Origin: Candidatus Tayloriibacteriota bacterium
GTDB taxonomy: Bacteria > Patescibacteriota > Minisyncoccia > Phycocordibacterales > CAIZLB01
Direction: 5' to 3'
Length of the DNA stretch: 64,000 nt
Assembly (NCBI GenBank): GCA_018883165.1
Contig: VEQN01000001.1
Location: 21,949-85,948 of the forward strand
The translations under genes and the position numbers were made by a program. The notes under the pieces were generated by a model. It saw only the letters and a program-made list of their open reading frames with translations, was not told the DNA's origin and searched no databases. This document shows, one piece after another, positions 51,048-61,432 of the stretch. The stretch's first letter is position 1, and every line of letters starts with the position of its first letter.

Positions 51048-52973
51048 TTAATTATCCCCACTCTTCATCATCTTCAAGAAGACATCGTGAGGAATATTTA
51101 CATTACCCTTTCCACGTTCTGCCATCTTCTTCTTTCCTTTCTTCTGTTTCTCCAACAACTTCATTTTTCGTGTAATGTCACCACCATAGAGATATCCTGT
51201 AACATCTTTTCGGAGCGCTGAAAGTGTTTCTGATGCAATGATTCTTCCATTTGCACGACCTTGTATTTTTGTAACAAAGAGTTGTCGTGGCAAAATATTT
51301 TTAAGTTTCTCAACTGCCTTTCGTGCCTCATCCTCTACTCTTCTTTGTGCAACAACGCGTGTGAAAGCTTCAACCGGTTCATCTGCAACTAAGATATCCA
51401 ACCGAGTTACATCAGCATCACGCATAGATTCAAATTCATATGACAATGATGCATATCCTGAAGAGATACTCTTCAATTCATCGAAGAAGTTTCTCATGAG
51501 CTCACGAAGTGGCATGTGTATGATGAGCTTTGCTCTTCCGTCACCAAATGAAATTGTGTCTGAAAGCTCAGCTTCATGATCATAGAGTAGTTGATATATT
51601 GGTCCGGTATACAAATCAGGAGTGATGATTGAAAGCTTTACCCAAGGTTCTCTGACCGCTTCAACCTGACCATGATCTGGAAACATCGATGGTGAATATA
51701 TCATCACAGTTCTTCTACCATCTTCATGTGTTTGGATTCTACCCATGTATGTGTTTCCAAGACCATTTGCAGGCAGAATTCCATTTGCAAAACCGACATC
51801 AATTCGATCATTCTGACTTGGTGTTGATTGTCTCTTGAGTGTCACCTCATATGTAATACTTGGTGTTGCAATTACAAGGTTAAGATTAAACTCTCGCTTT
51901 AATCGTTCTGTGATGATTTCAAGGTGAAGAAGTCCAAGGAATCCACATCGGAAACCTCGCCCCAGTGACCCTGATGATTCTTCTTCGTGTGTAAATGCAG
52001 AGTCAGACAATCGTAGTTTTCCAAGTGCTTGTTTAAGGAGTTCGAAATCATCCGCATCTTCTGGGTATACAGATGCCCACACAACCGGTGCCGGACTCAT
52101 ATATCCAGGAAGTTCTGGAAGTTGTTTTCGAAAGAGCGTGATGGTGTCTCCCACTGATGCGATACCTGGTTGTTTGATACCCGTAACAATATATCCAGTC
52201 TGCCCTGCTTCAAGCTTATCAGCTGGCACTTCTTCGGGTGTGAAGATTCCTGTTTCAAGTGCATAGAATTTCTCTCCTGCAATTTTGAAAAGCAATTCAT
52301 CACCTTTTTTAACAGAACCTTCCATTACTCGTACGTATACAATTACACCTTTGTGATTTGAATATTGAAAATCGAATACCAAACCTCTGAAACTTCCTGA
52401 GTTTACAATTTCTTCCTTTGGCTCTGGTACCTTTTTAATTATCTCCTGCAACAATACATCAACACCTTGGCCAGTCTTTCCAGATGTTTCCATGATGTCT
52501 TCTGGGTTACATGACAAAAGCATGACCATTTCTTCCTTGATGTCATCAATTCGTGCAAGTGGTGAATCTACCTTACTTAAAACAGGGATGATGGTAAGAC
52601 CTGCTTCTTGTGCCATATGGAGTGTGGTGAGAGTTTGTGCTTGCACTCCCTGTGTTGCATCAACAAGAAGAATGCACCCTTCCACTGCTTTAAGTGCCCG
52701 TGACACTTCATATGAAAAGTCGATGTGCCCTGGGGTATCGATGAGGTTTAATTCATAGAGCTCACCATCAGTGTTTTTGTAGTGCATCTTTACAGGTCGC
52801 ATCTTGATGGTGATACCCTTTTCACGCTCAAGTTCCATGTTATCAAGAACCTGGTTCATCATCTTTCTCTTTTCAATTGTCTGGGTCAGCTCAAGCATTC
52901 TGTCGGCAAGGGTAGACTTACCGTGGTCAATATGTGCGATGATACTGAAGTTTCTAATTCGTCTAAGTTGCAT
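51048..52973 (-). CDS. lepA: Elongation factor 4
   Basis: IRNFSIIAHIDHGKSTLADR, DTPGH.DF, GFRCGFLGLLH, YGGDITRK.KLLEKQK.GK. Confidence 0.97.
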   Translation of the reverse strand: MQLRRIRNFSIIAHIDHGKSTLADRMLELTQTIEKRKMMNQVLDNMELEREKGITIKMRPVKMHYKNTDGELYELNLIDTPGHIDFSYEVSRALKAVEGCILLVDATQGVQAQTLTTLHMAQEAGLTIIPVLSKVDSPLARIDDIKEEMVMLLSCNPEDIMETSGKTGQGVDVLLQEIIKKVPEPKEEIVNSGSFRGLVFDFQYSNHKGVIVYVRVMEGSVKKGDELLFKIAGEKFYALETGIFTPEEVPADKLEAGQTGYIVTGIKQPGIASVGDTITLFRKQLPELPGYMSPAPVVWASVYPEDADDFELLKQALGKLRLSDSAFTHEEESSGSLGRGFRCGFLGLLHLEIITERLKREFNLNLVIATPSITYEVTLKRQSTPSQNDRIDVGFANGILPANGLGNTYMGRIQTHEDGRRTVMIYSPSMFPDHGQVEAVREPWVKLSIITPDLYTGPIYQLLYDHEAELSDTISFGDGRAKLIIHMPLRELMRNFFDELKSISSGYASLSYEFESMRDADVTRLDILVADEPVEAFTRVVAQRRVEDEARKAVEKLKNILPRQLFVTKIQGRANGRIIASETLSALRKDVTGYLYGGDITRKMKLLEKQKKGKKKMAERGKGNVNIPHDVFLKMMKSGDN

Positions 52974-53090
52974 GAATATATGAGCAATATACCAGAAATA
53001 TTAAAAAATGACAGGGACAATAGTTGCAATATCCATAAACGCTCTGTATAGTTATGGCGAAAATACAGAAACCCTGCATTGCACTTTCTC

Positions 53091-53651
53091 ATGAAACCCA
53101 CATATACACCACCTGATAACGGCGGATTTATGATCCCCCGTTGTTCCGACAGGGTCATTTTGGCCTTTGTCAATGAAAAAGACCGCTGGGAAATTCTTGG
53201 CGGCGGCGAAGAACCCGAAGACAATGGTGATCTCCTTAACACTGCTATTCGTGAATCGCAAGAAGAAGGAATGCTCACCGTGGAAAGAAATCACGCGCGC
53301 CATGTTGGAAACCTGGTACAGGTCATTCCTGGTACAGGTGGAAAAACTGGCATCGCTGCGGTTTGGAGTACTCAAATCTTTGAGCCCATCTCCGGACTAA
53401 AGTGGAAAGAATTCCAGCTCTTTCGCAAGACAGACCCTGCCTACAACAAAGAGACTGGGGGAGTATCCATGATTCGCCTAAAAGACATCTTCTGTGAAGG
53501 TTCACCGTTTGCCATCCCACTGGGACACAAACGAATGATTCTCCACATGTTGAATGTTGAAACAGACTTCGGCAAACCACTCATTGAAGGAATTCGCCTT
53601 GGTCAACCTGTGACCGCCTTGGTGCCACACCTTGGTATAATCACATGCTGA
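53091..53651 (+). CDS. NUDIX hydrolase (stand-alone cassette)
   Basis: WEILGGGEEPEDNGDLLNTAIRESQEEG Nudix box; TTGCAA..TATAGT upstream. Confidence 0.8.
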   Translation: MKPTYTPPDNGGFMIPRCSDRVILAFVNEKDRWEILGGGEEPEDNGDLLNTAIRESQEEGMLTVERNHARHVGNLVQVIPGTGGKTGIAAVWSTQIFEPISGLKWKEFQLFRKTDPAYNKETGGVSMIRLKDIFCEGSPFAIPLGHKRMILHMLNVETDFGKPLIEGIRLGQPVTALVPHLGIITC

Positions 53652-53660
53652 CATACTCAC

Positions 53661-53695
53661 CCGACCTTGGAGCCCTGTGCTCCAAGGTCGGTTTT
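53661..53695. terminator. Terminator between convergent genes
   Basis: CCGACCTTGGAGC-cctgt-GCTCCAAGGTCGG-TTTT. Confidence 0.88.
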
Positions 53696-53696
53696 G

Positions 53697-54392
53697 TTAT
53701 TCTCTAATTATTTGCCCGTCCTGAAGTCTAATTACCCTGTCTGTTGCTTTACCATATTCATCCTCATGTGTAACCATCACAATCGTTTGACCAAGTGCGT
53801 GTAGCTCTTGAAAAATCTTAAGCACGAGTGCAGAAGATTCTGAATCAAGGTTTGCGGTCGGCTCGTCGGCAAACAGAATTTTTGGTTCATGTGCAATCGC
53901 ACGTGCAATACTTACACGCTGCTGCTCACCTCCTGAGAGTTTTGAAGGTAAATTGTTTACTCGATGTCCTAACCCCACACGTGTTAATACCCTCTCTGCA
54001 ATTTCATATGCCTCAGAAATTTGCTTGCCTTGCATAATTAAAGGTACTGCAACGTTTTCTTTTGCGGTAAGGTCTGGCAAAAGCGCATAGTCCTGAAATA
54101 CATATCCAAGCTCTTTTAATCTAAAGGAAACTCTTTCATCTTCATGCATATCAGTCACCCGAACACCATCAACATATATTTCACCTTCTGTGGGATGATC
54201 AAGAAGGCTCACTTGATACAAGAGCGTCGATTTACCAGCACCTGAGCGACCCATGATTGCAACAAACTCCCCCTTCTTTATTTTAAGATCAATACCTTTA
54301 AGTACATGTGTTACTTTGTCACCATCAACAAATGATTTTCTCACACCACTTGTTCGAATTATGTATTCTGATTGTTCTTGTGTAGTAGACAT
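53697..54392 (-). CDS. ABC transporter ATP-binding protein (LolD/MacB type)
   Basis: GRSGAGKST, LSGGEQQR, ADEPTANLD, VTH. Confidence 0.95.
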   Translation of the reverse strand: MSTTQEQSEYIIRTSGVRKSFVDGDKVTHVLKGIDLKIKKGEFVAIMGRSGAGKSTLLYQVSLLDHPTEGEIYVDGVRVTDMHEDERVSFRLKELGYVFQDYALLPDLTAKENVAVPLIMQGKQISEAYEIAERVLTRVGLGHRVNNLPSKLSGGEQQRVSIARAIAHEPKILFADEPTANLDSESSALVLKIFQELHALGQTIVMVTHEDEYGKATDRVIRLQDGQIIRE

Positions 54393-54403
54393 ATATGTAT
54401 TTG

Positions 54404-55678
54404 TTATCGTCCTAATATTGCATCAAGCGTATTTCTCTTCACAATCATTCTTGCTGGAATATATCCTGCAATTACGGTGGTTATGAGGAGGAGCACAACT
54501 CGCATCATAGTCCCAACGAGTGGTGCATAGATGATTCCGTCACTAAATGGGAAGTTAATTGGATGTGCATCAACGAATGGCACCAAAAATCCATAGAGTA
54601 CAGCGAGGCCGATTGATGAACCTATTACAGCGTAGAAAATGGACTGGAGGATGTATGAAAATTCAATTGATTTCGGATGGATACCGATTCCCTTCATAAT
54701 ACCAATGAATTTTCTTCTGGTAAGTGCGTTCACGAAAATCACAATGAATATTGTGATTGACGCAACCGCAAGACCAATTGAACCAATGAGGTTTCCGAGG
54801 ATTCCAAATGTTGCAGCGATATCTTTCAAGAATTTTGGCTGTGCCTCAACTGATGTCTGGATCTTAGCGAATTCCTCAAATCCGTTATTCAACAAAAATT
54901 GTTTGGTATATTGTGCATCTGCTTCGGTCGCACCAGGTTTCAAACGAACTGAAATCTCATCTACATTCGAATCGGTTCTACCAATGAGTTTTCTTGCTTC
55001 TCTGTCGAGCATAAATACTCTAAAGTCATTTTCGTCTACCTTTGATTTAATGACACCTCGGACAATTACCTCCTTAGCATTGTCACCGATATTTAATTTT
55101 AACTTCTGTCCAATTTTAATATCTTTCAATGTCTGGAATCCTGCGGTTTCAATTGGTGTATATTTGTACAACAAGTTTGCACCAATAACCACACCGTCAG
55201 TATCATTCTCTTGAAGGTACGCACCTTCGATGACATACTTCGATACACCTGTGATTAAGTCTTCATGCACGGGATTGATTCCAACCACTGTTGCACCTAC
55301 TTTGTTTGGTGACTCATCTTGTCGAAGCTTTCTTCGATAGTCAGCATTTAATATTCCTGATCCAATGTACTTAGCTGATATGTGCTTTACAGAATCGAGT
55401 CCTTCAAGAACACTTAATATTTCACCACTTCGTTCAATCTGGTTTTTCTGCTGCAACTTGGTGACAATAATATCGCCAGTACCTCTCTCCTTCTGTGCCT
55501 GAATAGAGCTTTGAATAAGTCCAACAAGTACACCATTCACCACTACAAGGTTAAGAAATGTAAGTGTCATCACTGCGATAATGAGCATAGTAGTCCAAAG
55601 ACTTGCTCGCTTAATCTGACGGTACGCAAGAAAGAACCCTACTCTATATATATTCGATTTTCTTTTTAATGCGTGCAT
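54404..55678 (-). CDS. ABC transporter permease (FtsX/MacB type)
   Basis: One TM, large extracellular domain, three TM; RRKFIGIMKGIG. Confidence 0.9.
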   Translation of the reverse strand: MHALKRKSNIYRVGFFLAYRQIKRASLWTTMLIIAVMTLTFLNLVVVNGVLVGLIQSSIQAQKERGTGDIIVTKLQQKNQIERSGEILSVLEGLDSVKHISAKYIGSGILNADYRRKLRQDESPNKVGATVVGINPVHEDLITGVSKYVIEGAYLQENDTDGVVIGANLLYKYTPIETAGFQTLKDIKIGQKLKLNIGDNAKEVIVRGVIKSKVDENDFRVFMLDREARKLIGRTDSNVDEISVRLKPGATEADAQYTKQFLLNNGFEEFAKIQTSVEAQPKFLKDIAATFGILGNLIGSIGLAVASITIFIVIFVNALTRRKFIGIMKGIGIHPKSIEFSYILQSIFYAVIGSSIGLAVLYGFLVPFVDAHPINFPFSDGIIYAPLVGTMMRVVLLLITTVIAGYIPARMIVKRNTLDAILGR

Positions 55679-57237
55679 TACTTCTTTAGTACAATTACAA
55701 CATCACCGATATTTAATCCTGATACGATTTCAATTTTACCTTCTGCATTGATTCCGCCAGTTACCACATTTTTGTTTACCCTCTTCCCGTCAACTTCAAC
55801 AGTCACCACCTTCTCACCACCTTCAAGGAACAATGCTTCTTGTGGAACAATCACAGTTCCAGCTTTCTCAGCTGTTTGAATTGTTGTATTTGCAGTCATA
55901 CCAGATCGTATTCTAGGATCGTTCTCTACGAATTGTAATTTTGTTTTGTATGTAGATACACCATCTTGTACTGTTTCAGCAGGATCAACCTCTCCAACCG
56001 TTGCCTTGAATATGACTTCTTTTCCATATGCATCAAGAGTTACTTTTGCTGGTTGTCCAACTGACACTTTTGCAATATCTGATTCAGATACAAAACTTTC
56101 AATTTCATATCCAGCGGAGCTGATCATTGAAATTGCATTATCCTGTGTTGAAACAGTTTGTCCAAGCTTCACATCTACTTTCGTAATCAAGCCATCAAAT
56201 GGCGCTGTGATTATCGTCTTTGCATATGCAGCTCTTGCACTTTGAAGATCCGCTTGGGTACTTTTCAATTTGGCAGCTTGTGCGAGTATCTCTTCGCTTG
56301 TTGCACCAGACAATTTAATTTGTAGTTGCTCTGCTTTTGTATCTCGTGTTGTAACAGCATTCTTGTATGTAAGTTCAGCAGACGTAAGTGAAGTTATAGC
56401 ACCACCAACAGCAGTTCTCGCTGCTGAAATATCGTTTCTGTATTTGTCCACTATGGTCTGCGTGAGTGTACCGTTTGCCTGAAGACCCGAGACTGCACTA
56501 CTAAGACCATTGAGAAAATCTCTCATCTGTGTGAGGTTTTTTCTAGCATCTTGAAGAACCGATGCAGTGTAGGTATCAACAGAGAGTGAATTTGTTTGCC
56601 TCTCCCATTGTGTAAGCATCTCACCCGCTCGAATCCTTTGATCTTCGAGTGTTTTCTTTAGTGAATAGTTATCAAATGAAATTATTTCAGGAGTCGCTGT
56701 TCTTGGGTTGGTGTACAACTGATCAATTTTACTTCGAAGTGCATCATCCGACACCGCGTATGCATCTTTAATTTCATCAACTAACACCTGCGTTGCTTGT
56801 TTGTATGAAGACAGTGCACCTTCGGCTTCAGCTCGTGCAATGTTCACATCTTCTGCTCGAGGTCCTCGTCTTACCTCTTGAAGTCGTGCAGATTCTTCAT
56901 CAACTCGAGCTTGTCGTTGTAGTACATTTCCCCATGCATCACCATTTGAAAGCACTGCTAGTGTGTCACCCTTCTTTACCTGATCACCGATTGAGACTTT
57001 AATCTCAGCTACTCGTCCCGCAGTTTCAAATGCCATATCTACATTCTCAGCTGCAACAACTTTACCTGTAACTGAAACCTCTTGCACAAATGTTTCAGGT
57101 TGTACGGTAATTCGTTCCACTGTATCAGAATTGCCACCACGAGAGGTAAAGGTGATGATGGCAATGATTACTATGAGGGGCATGTATACCCTTTTCTTTT
57201 TGAGTACTGACATAAATGACGAGAATCTGCTTTTCAT
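55678..57237 (-). CDS. Efflux membrane-fusion/adaptor protein (MacA-like) with long helical hairpin
   Basis: GRVAEI.V..GDQVKKGD, ITAPFDG, ESDIAKV, GMTA; start moved to ATG 57237. Confidence 0.9.
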   Translation of the reverse strand: MKSRFSSFMSVLKKKRVYMPLIVIIAIITFTSRGGNSDTVERITVQPETFVQEVSVTGKVVAAENVDMAFETAGRVAEIKVSIGDQVKKGDTLAVLSNGDAWGNVLQRQARVDEESARLQEVRRGPRAEDVNIARAEAEGALSSYKQATQVLVDEIKDAYAVSDDALRSKIDQLYTNPRTATPEIISFDNYSLKKTLEDQRIRAGEMLTQWERQTNSLSVDTYTASVLQDARKNLTQMRDFLNGLSSAVSGLQANGTLTQTIVDKYRNDISAARTAVGGAITSLTSAELTYKNAVTTRDTKAEQLQIKLSGATSEEILAQAAKLKSTQADLQSARAAYAKTIITAPFDGLITKVDVKLGQTVSTQDNAISMISSAGYEIESFVSESDIAKVSVGQPAKVTLDAYGKEVIFKATVGEVDPAETVQDGVSTYKTKLQFVENDPRIRSGMTANTTIQTAEKAGTVIVPQEALFLEGGEKVVTVEVDGKRVNKNVVTGGINAEGKIEIVSGLNIGDVVIVLKK

Positions 57238-57386
57238 GTTTTGATATGAATAATTACAACGAATATACATACAAATATATCATATATATGTACATGTGTA
57301 CTGTAGACACGGTAAGGTTTGCCAAATCATTCATTTAATGCTTTAATCAGAGCCTGATTAACCACGCCTCTGGCGTCATTTTATTT

Positions 57387-59192
57387 ATGGACATACGAAA
57401 CATCGCAATCATCGCTCACGTAGACCACGGCAAGACCACCATTGTTGACTCTATGATGAAGTACACCGGTATGGTAAAGGACGCCGTATCAATGGACTCA
57501 AACACTCTTGAACAAGAGCGTGGTATTACCATTTACGCCAAGAACGCTTCACTCATATATACCAGTAAAGCAACAGGAGTAGCTCACAAAATTAACATCA
57601 TCGATACACCTGGTCACGCGGACTTCGGATCTGAAGTAGAACGTGTACTTAAATCAATCGACTGTGTACTCCTTGTTGTTGATGCCCAAGAAGGCCCAAT
57701 GCCGCAAACACGGTTTGTACTCAAAAAATCAATTGAGCTCGGACTTAAACCAATTGTAATCATGAACAAGCTCGACAAACCTGCTGCGAACCCAGGACGA
57801 GTACATGATGAAATCCTTGAGCTCTTCATGGAACTTGGCGCTGATGATGCACAGCTTAACTTCCCTGTCATCTATGCCGTTGGCAGAGACGGTGTTGCTA
57901 AAAAAGAACTTACTGATGAGTTTAAAGACCTTGAACCATTGTTTGAAATGATCATTGAAAAAGTTCCAGCTGCTGAAGACAAAAGTAGCGAGCCACTTGT
58001 TGCACAGCCATTCAACCTTGCGTACGACAACTTCCTTGGACGACTTGCAGTTGCACGTGTATGGAGCGGTACAATTAAAATGAATCAAACTGTATATATC
58101 AAGAAACCAAATGGTTCAGTTGAAACTGCACGAGTAGTTAAACTATTCACATTCGAAGGCATGAGTAAGAAAGACTCAGATGAAATTACATCTGGTGATG
58201 TTGCAATGATTGCCGGCCTCACAAACATCTACATTGGTGACACCATCACTGACAACCCTGAAACACATTCCCTTCCAGCAATTTCAATCGACGAACCAAC
58301 AATCTCACTCAACTTCCTTGTAAACGACTCTCCATTTGCTGGACGAGAAGGAAAATTCGTAACAAGTAGACAAATTCGAGATCGACTCGAAAAAGAACTT
58401 GAAGTGAACGTTGGACTTCAGGTTGATTTCACAAATGCTGATCGTATGAAAGTGTACGGACGAGGTGAACTCCATATCGCGATTCTTCTTGAACAAATGC
58501 GACGAGAGGGGTTTGAACTTCAGGTATCACAACCAGAAGTAATCTTTAAAGATATTGATGGTAAGAAACATGAACCATATGAAGAAGTGGTAATTGATAC
58601 ACCAGATGAATTCTCTGGAACAATCATCGAGAAGCTCGGGAAGCGAAAAGGTATCATGACTTCAATGAAGCAACATGATGGGGTTACTAGACTCACATTC
58701 GATATTCCGACTCGAGGTCTCCTTGGATTTCGAAGTCAGTTCGTGGTTGATACAAAAGGTGAAGGAATCATGTCATCACGATTTACGGAATTTAGAACAT
58801 TTGCTGGTGTCATTGAAAAACGAGAAGTTGGATCAATGATCTCAATGGAGAACGGAAAAGCAGTAACATTCGCACTAGGCAACCTACAAACTCGAGGTGT
58901 TCTCTATATCGGTCACGGCACTGAAGTATATGCTGGTATGGTCATCGGAAACACCTCAAAAGGTGAAGAGATGGAAGTGAATCCAACTAAAGGAAAGCAG
59001 CTCACAAACATGCGAGCATCAGGTACTGATGATACGGTATATCTTACTCCCCCACTTGAAATTACAATTGAGCGAGGTCTAGAACTCATCAATGAAGACG
59101 AATATTTGGAAATTACTCCAACATCTACGAGAATACGAAAAAAATATCTGACACGAACAGACAGAGACAAAGCAAAGAAAGGAATTGTATAA
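57387..59192 (+). CDS. typA: Translational GTPase TypA/BipA
   Basis: IRNIAIIAHVDHGKTT, GPMPQTRFVL, NDSPFAGREG, GRGELH, KQLTNMRASG. Confidence 0.98.
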   Translation: MDIRNIAIIAHVDHGKTTIVDSMMKYTGMVKDAVSMDSNTLEQERGITIYAKNASLIYTSKATGVAHKINIIDTPGHADFGSEVERVLKSIDCVLLVVDAQEGPMPQTRFVLKKSIELGLKPIVIMNKLDKPAANPGRVHDEILELFMELGADDAQLNFPVIYAVGRDGVAKKELTDEFKDLEPLFEMIIEKVPAAEDKSSEPLVAQPFNLAYDNFLGRLAVARVWSGTIKMNQTVYIKKPNGSVETARVVKLFTFEGMSKKDSDEITSGDVAMIAGLTNIYIGDTITDNPETHSLPAISIDEPTISLNFLVNDSPFAGREGKFVTSRQIRDRLEKELEVNVGLQVDFTNADRMKVYGRGELHIAILLEQMRREGFELQVSQPEVIFKDIDGKKHEPYEEVVIDTPDEFSGTIIEKLGKRKGIMTSMKQHDGVTRLTFDIPTRGLLGFRSQFVVDTKGEGIMSSRFTEFRTFAGVIEKREVGSMISMENGKAVTFALGNLQTRGVLYIGHGTEVYAGMVIGNTSKGEEMEVNPTKGKQLTNMRASGTDDTVYLTPPLEITIERGLELINEDEYLEITPTSTRIRKKYLTRTDRDKAKKGIV

Positions 59193-59199
59193 AAATTGA

Positions 59200-59237
59200 A
59201 CCCCCGGAGCATGATGCCACGGGGGTGAAATTTTTTT
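59200..59237. terminator. Terminator between typA and convergent ORF
   Basis: ACCCCCG...CGGGGGT stem followed by a T-tract. Confidence 0.65.
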
Positions 59238-59274
59238 GACACTATATTTCAAAGTGGTTGCTGGAGATGCCAGC

Positions 59275-60297
59275 CTACTTCGTCTCTTCGATTTTCTTCA
59301 GTTTCGCCTGAAGCTCCTCGAAGAAACGATCCTTTGTCTGCACAGCTTCCTTACCTTCAGGGGGATTGGGGTTGTGAACATGTGTATTCTCACCCTCCCG
59401 CGCATGGATGCGCCCAAAGAAACCATTGAGTTGTTTAAGGATGGCAGTGGCACGCCCTGGTGTAATTGTCTTGTCATAGACGCGACGGAACACAAAAGCG
59501 ATTCCTTTCCTGAACGGATCAGGTTTGCCATCTGGACCAAACTGGGTAAACAAATGTTGCTGCTTGTTTTCAACAGTTGCCAGATAATACGCGAGCTCGC
59601 GCTCATACCAACCTGGCTGACTGATGACATCTTCAACATGCTTCCCCAGTTGAACATATCCTTCACGGTGTGTCTTTGGCATGAAAGCAAAGAGCAGATC
59701 GAACTGCTGAGTGATTTCATACACCAATGCATCCTGATGCTTCTCATCCTTCAAGAGTTCAATCTGTGGGATGTTAGCAAACACCCAGAATGGAACCCCT
59801 TTGGTGATTTCATCGAATGCAGACTTCCGTTTTTCCAAGTCAGCATCTGTTGCATTTTTCAAAGTGACATTCGTCACCTGATCAATGCGGGTACTCACCG
59901 ACTTTCGGGATTCCTCAATGAGCGGGTCATAGAAGTTTCCGCGACCAAGGACGCCGTAGGCGGTGATGATCCGGAGCCAAGACTCATGATCCCACCTGGC
60001 GTATGATGCAGGTTCTGAGACCATCGATGCGGCGTGAGTGGAGAACCATCCACCCCAGATGTCTTTTCGAAACTCCGAAGGCAGATTCAAACTGGAAGGC
60101 ATCCTGGCGATGATGGAAGCCTCCACTGTTGTAAGGTGACTTCCCCATGATGTGTTTCCAAAGTAGGCAGGCGGAGGTGGAACACCTTCGCTTTCAGCCG
60201 CAATGAGGTTAAGGTTGATGTTAAGGCCGATGATGGCCATAAGGCAGGCGCGCAGCAAAACTGCGGACCACGACTGGGTGTGGGTGCTGGTGTTCAT
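59275..60297 (-). CDS. Hypothetical secreted protein (stand-alone cassette)
   Basis: Signal-peptide-like N-terminus; TTGACT-16-TATAAT promoter upstream. Confidence 0.7.
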   Translation of the reverse strand: MNTSTHTQSWSAVLLRACLMAIIGLNINLNLIAAESEGVPPPPAYFGNTSWGSHLTTVEASIIARMPSSLNLPSEFRKDIWGGWFSTHAASMVSEPASYARWDHESWLRIITAYGVLGRGNFYDPLIEESRKSVSTRIDQVTNVTLKNATDADLEKRKSAFDEITKGVPFWVFANIPQIELLKDEKHQDALVYEITQQFDLLFAFMPKTHREGYVQLGKHVEDVISQPGWYERELAYYLATVENKQQHLFTQFGPDGKPDPFRKGIAFVFRRVYDKTITPGRATAILKQLNGFFGRIHAREGENTHVHNPNPPEGKEAVQTKDRFFEELQAKLKKIEETK

Positions 60298-60420
60298 TTT
60301 CAATGAAAGCGGACTATCCGCATTTATTATTATACCATATATAACATATTAGTCAATATATGGCACAGATCAGGTAACAAGTTACATATTAAAATATAGA
60401 ATTATGTATGCACCTAAAGA

Positions 60421-60447
60421 AACTGCCCGACCATTGGTCGGGCAGTT
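60421..60447 (-). terminator. Intrinsic terminator
   Basis: AACTGCCCGACCA-t-TGGTCGGGCAGTT palindrome. Confidence 0.8.
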
Positions 60448-60466
60448 GCCGTCTTTGTGACATCAC

Positions 60467-61282
60467 TCAAGCACTAGTGGTCTCAGGATAACGGTTCTTG
60501 ATGACCGTTTTCACAGCACCATCCTTGAGGCACACCTCCGTGCCGAAGAGACACACCTTGTGAGCTTTCGGGAGTACCTCCCACAGCGACTCCACAGAAG
60601 AATCCAAATCGCCACCGAATGGTATTTCGAATGGACCACCCCGGAAGGATGGGATGAGCGATTTTTCGTCACTCGGATCTGGCGAGTCTGCTTCATAGGT
60701 TGTCAGGCACAGGCCGACACCTTTGATGAGACCCTCCGCAGGGTACGACCAAAAGGCTCGCTCGACAGGACTGTCAACGCCGGGTTTCGTCCGACGAATA
60801 ATTCCCATCTCGACAGTGTGTTTCCCGCCACTTCGGTGGACAAGACTCGCGACGATGCGCGGAGTCTGATTCAAATCAGGCTCAGGGAGACATGTGCCGA
60901 GAACATTTGCGAGCGTCTTGGTGGCACCATTCTCGACGAGACCGACTGCGAGATCGGTGTGGTCACCATTGCTTGCCACATAGGCGTTGTTACCACAGAA
61001 CACATTTTGACTCCAGGCATTGTAGATGACCAATGATGGGTCATCCTTAGTTTCCTCGGCGAATGCAGTCTTGATGTTCATGTGATTCACAGTCTGAACC
61101 AGCTTGCGGTTCCGAGAGCGTGTACTGCGGCCAGTGATGAAGTACAGGAAACGAATGCCTGTACCACCTTCATTGAGGCCGACTACAAGGCCTCGGCCAG
61201 GGTAATTGCACCCACGCAGAACCTCGAGGTTATGCGGGGCGTCCCCTGGAATGACATTAACACTAATATGTTTTGACTTCAC
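60467..61282 (-). CDS. IMP cyclohydrolase-like protein (PurO-like Ntn fold)
   Basis: YPGRG, YFITGRS..SRNR, DPSLVIYN, SNGDHTD, EPD..TPRI, TTY; probable GTG start 61282. Confidence 0.8.
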   Translation of the reverse strand: MKSKHISVNVIPGDAPHNLEVLRGCNYPGRGLVVGLNEGGTGIRFLYFITGRSTRSRNRKLVQTVNHMNIKTAFAEETKDDPSLVIYNAWSQNVFCGNNAYVASNGDHTDLAVGLVENGATKTLANVLGTCLPEPDLNQTPRIVASLVHRSGGKHTVEMGIIRRTKPGVDSPVERAFWSYPAEGLIKGVGLCLTTYEADSPDPSDEKSLIPSFRGGPFEIPFGGDLDSSVESLWEVLPKAHKVCLFGTEVCLKDGAVKTVIKNRYPETTSA

Positions 61283-61432
61283 GATGTTAGAGCGGGTTGA
61301 TGTGTTTACAAACAACAAAATCAGCACAGAAGTGCCGACATGTTGTCGGCAAGCGTGTGCTTAGCCACAAGAAGAGTACTCTTAGAGACAGGGTTTGTAA
61401 AGCGACACGGGAATGTGATAAAATTCAAACAA

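Noticed and set aside
59236-60006. 256-aa plus-strand ORF
   Set aside because: Antisense shadow of 59275-60297, which has the promoter and signal peptide
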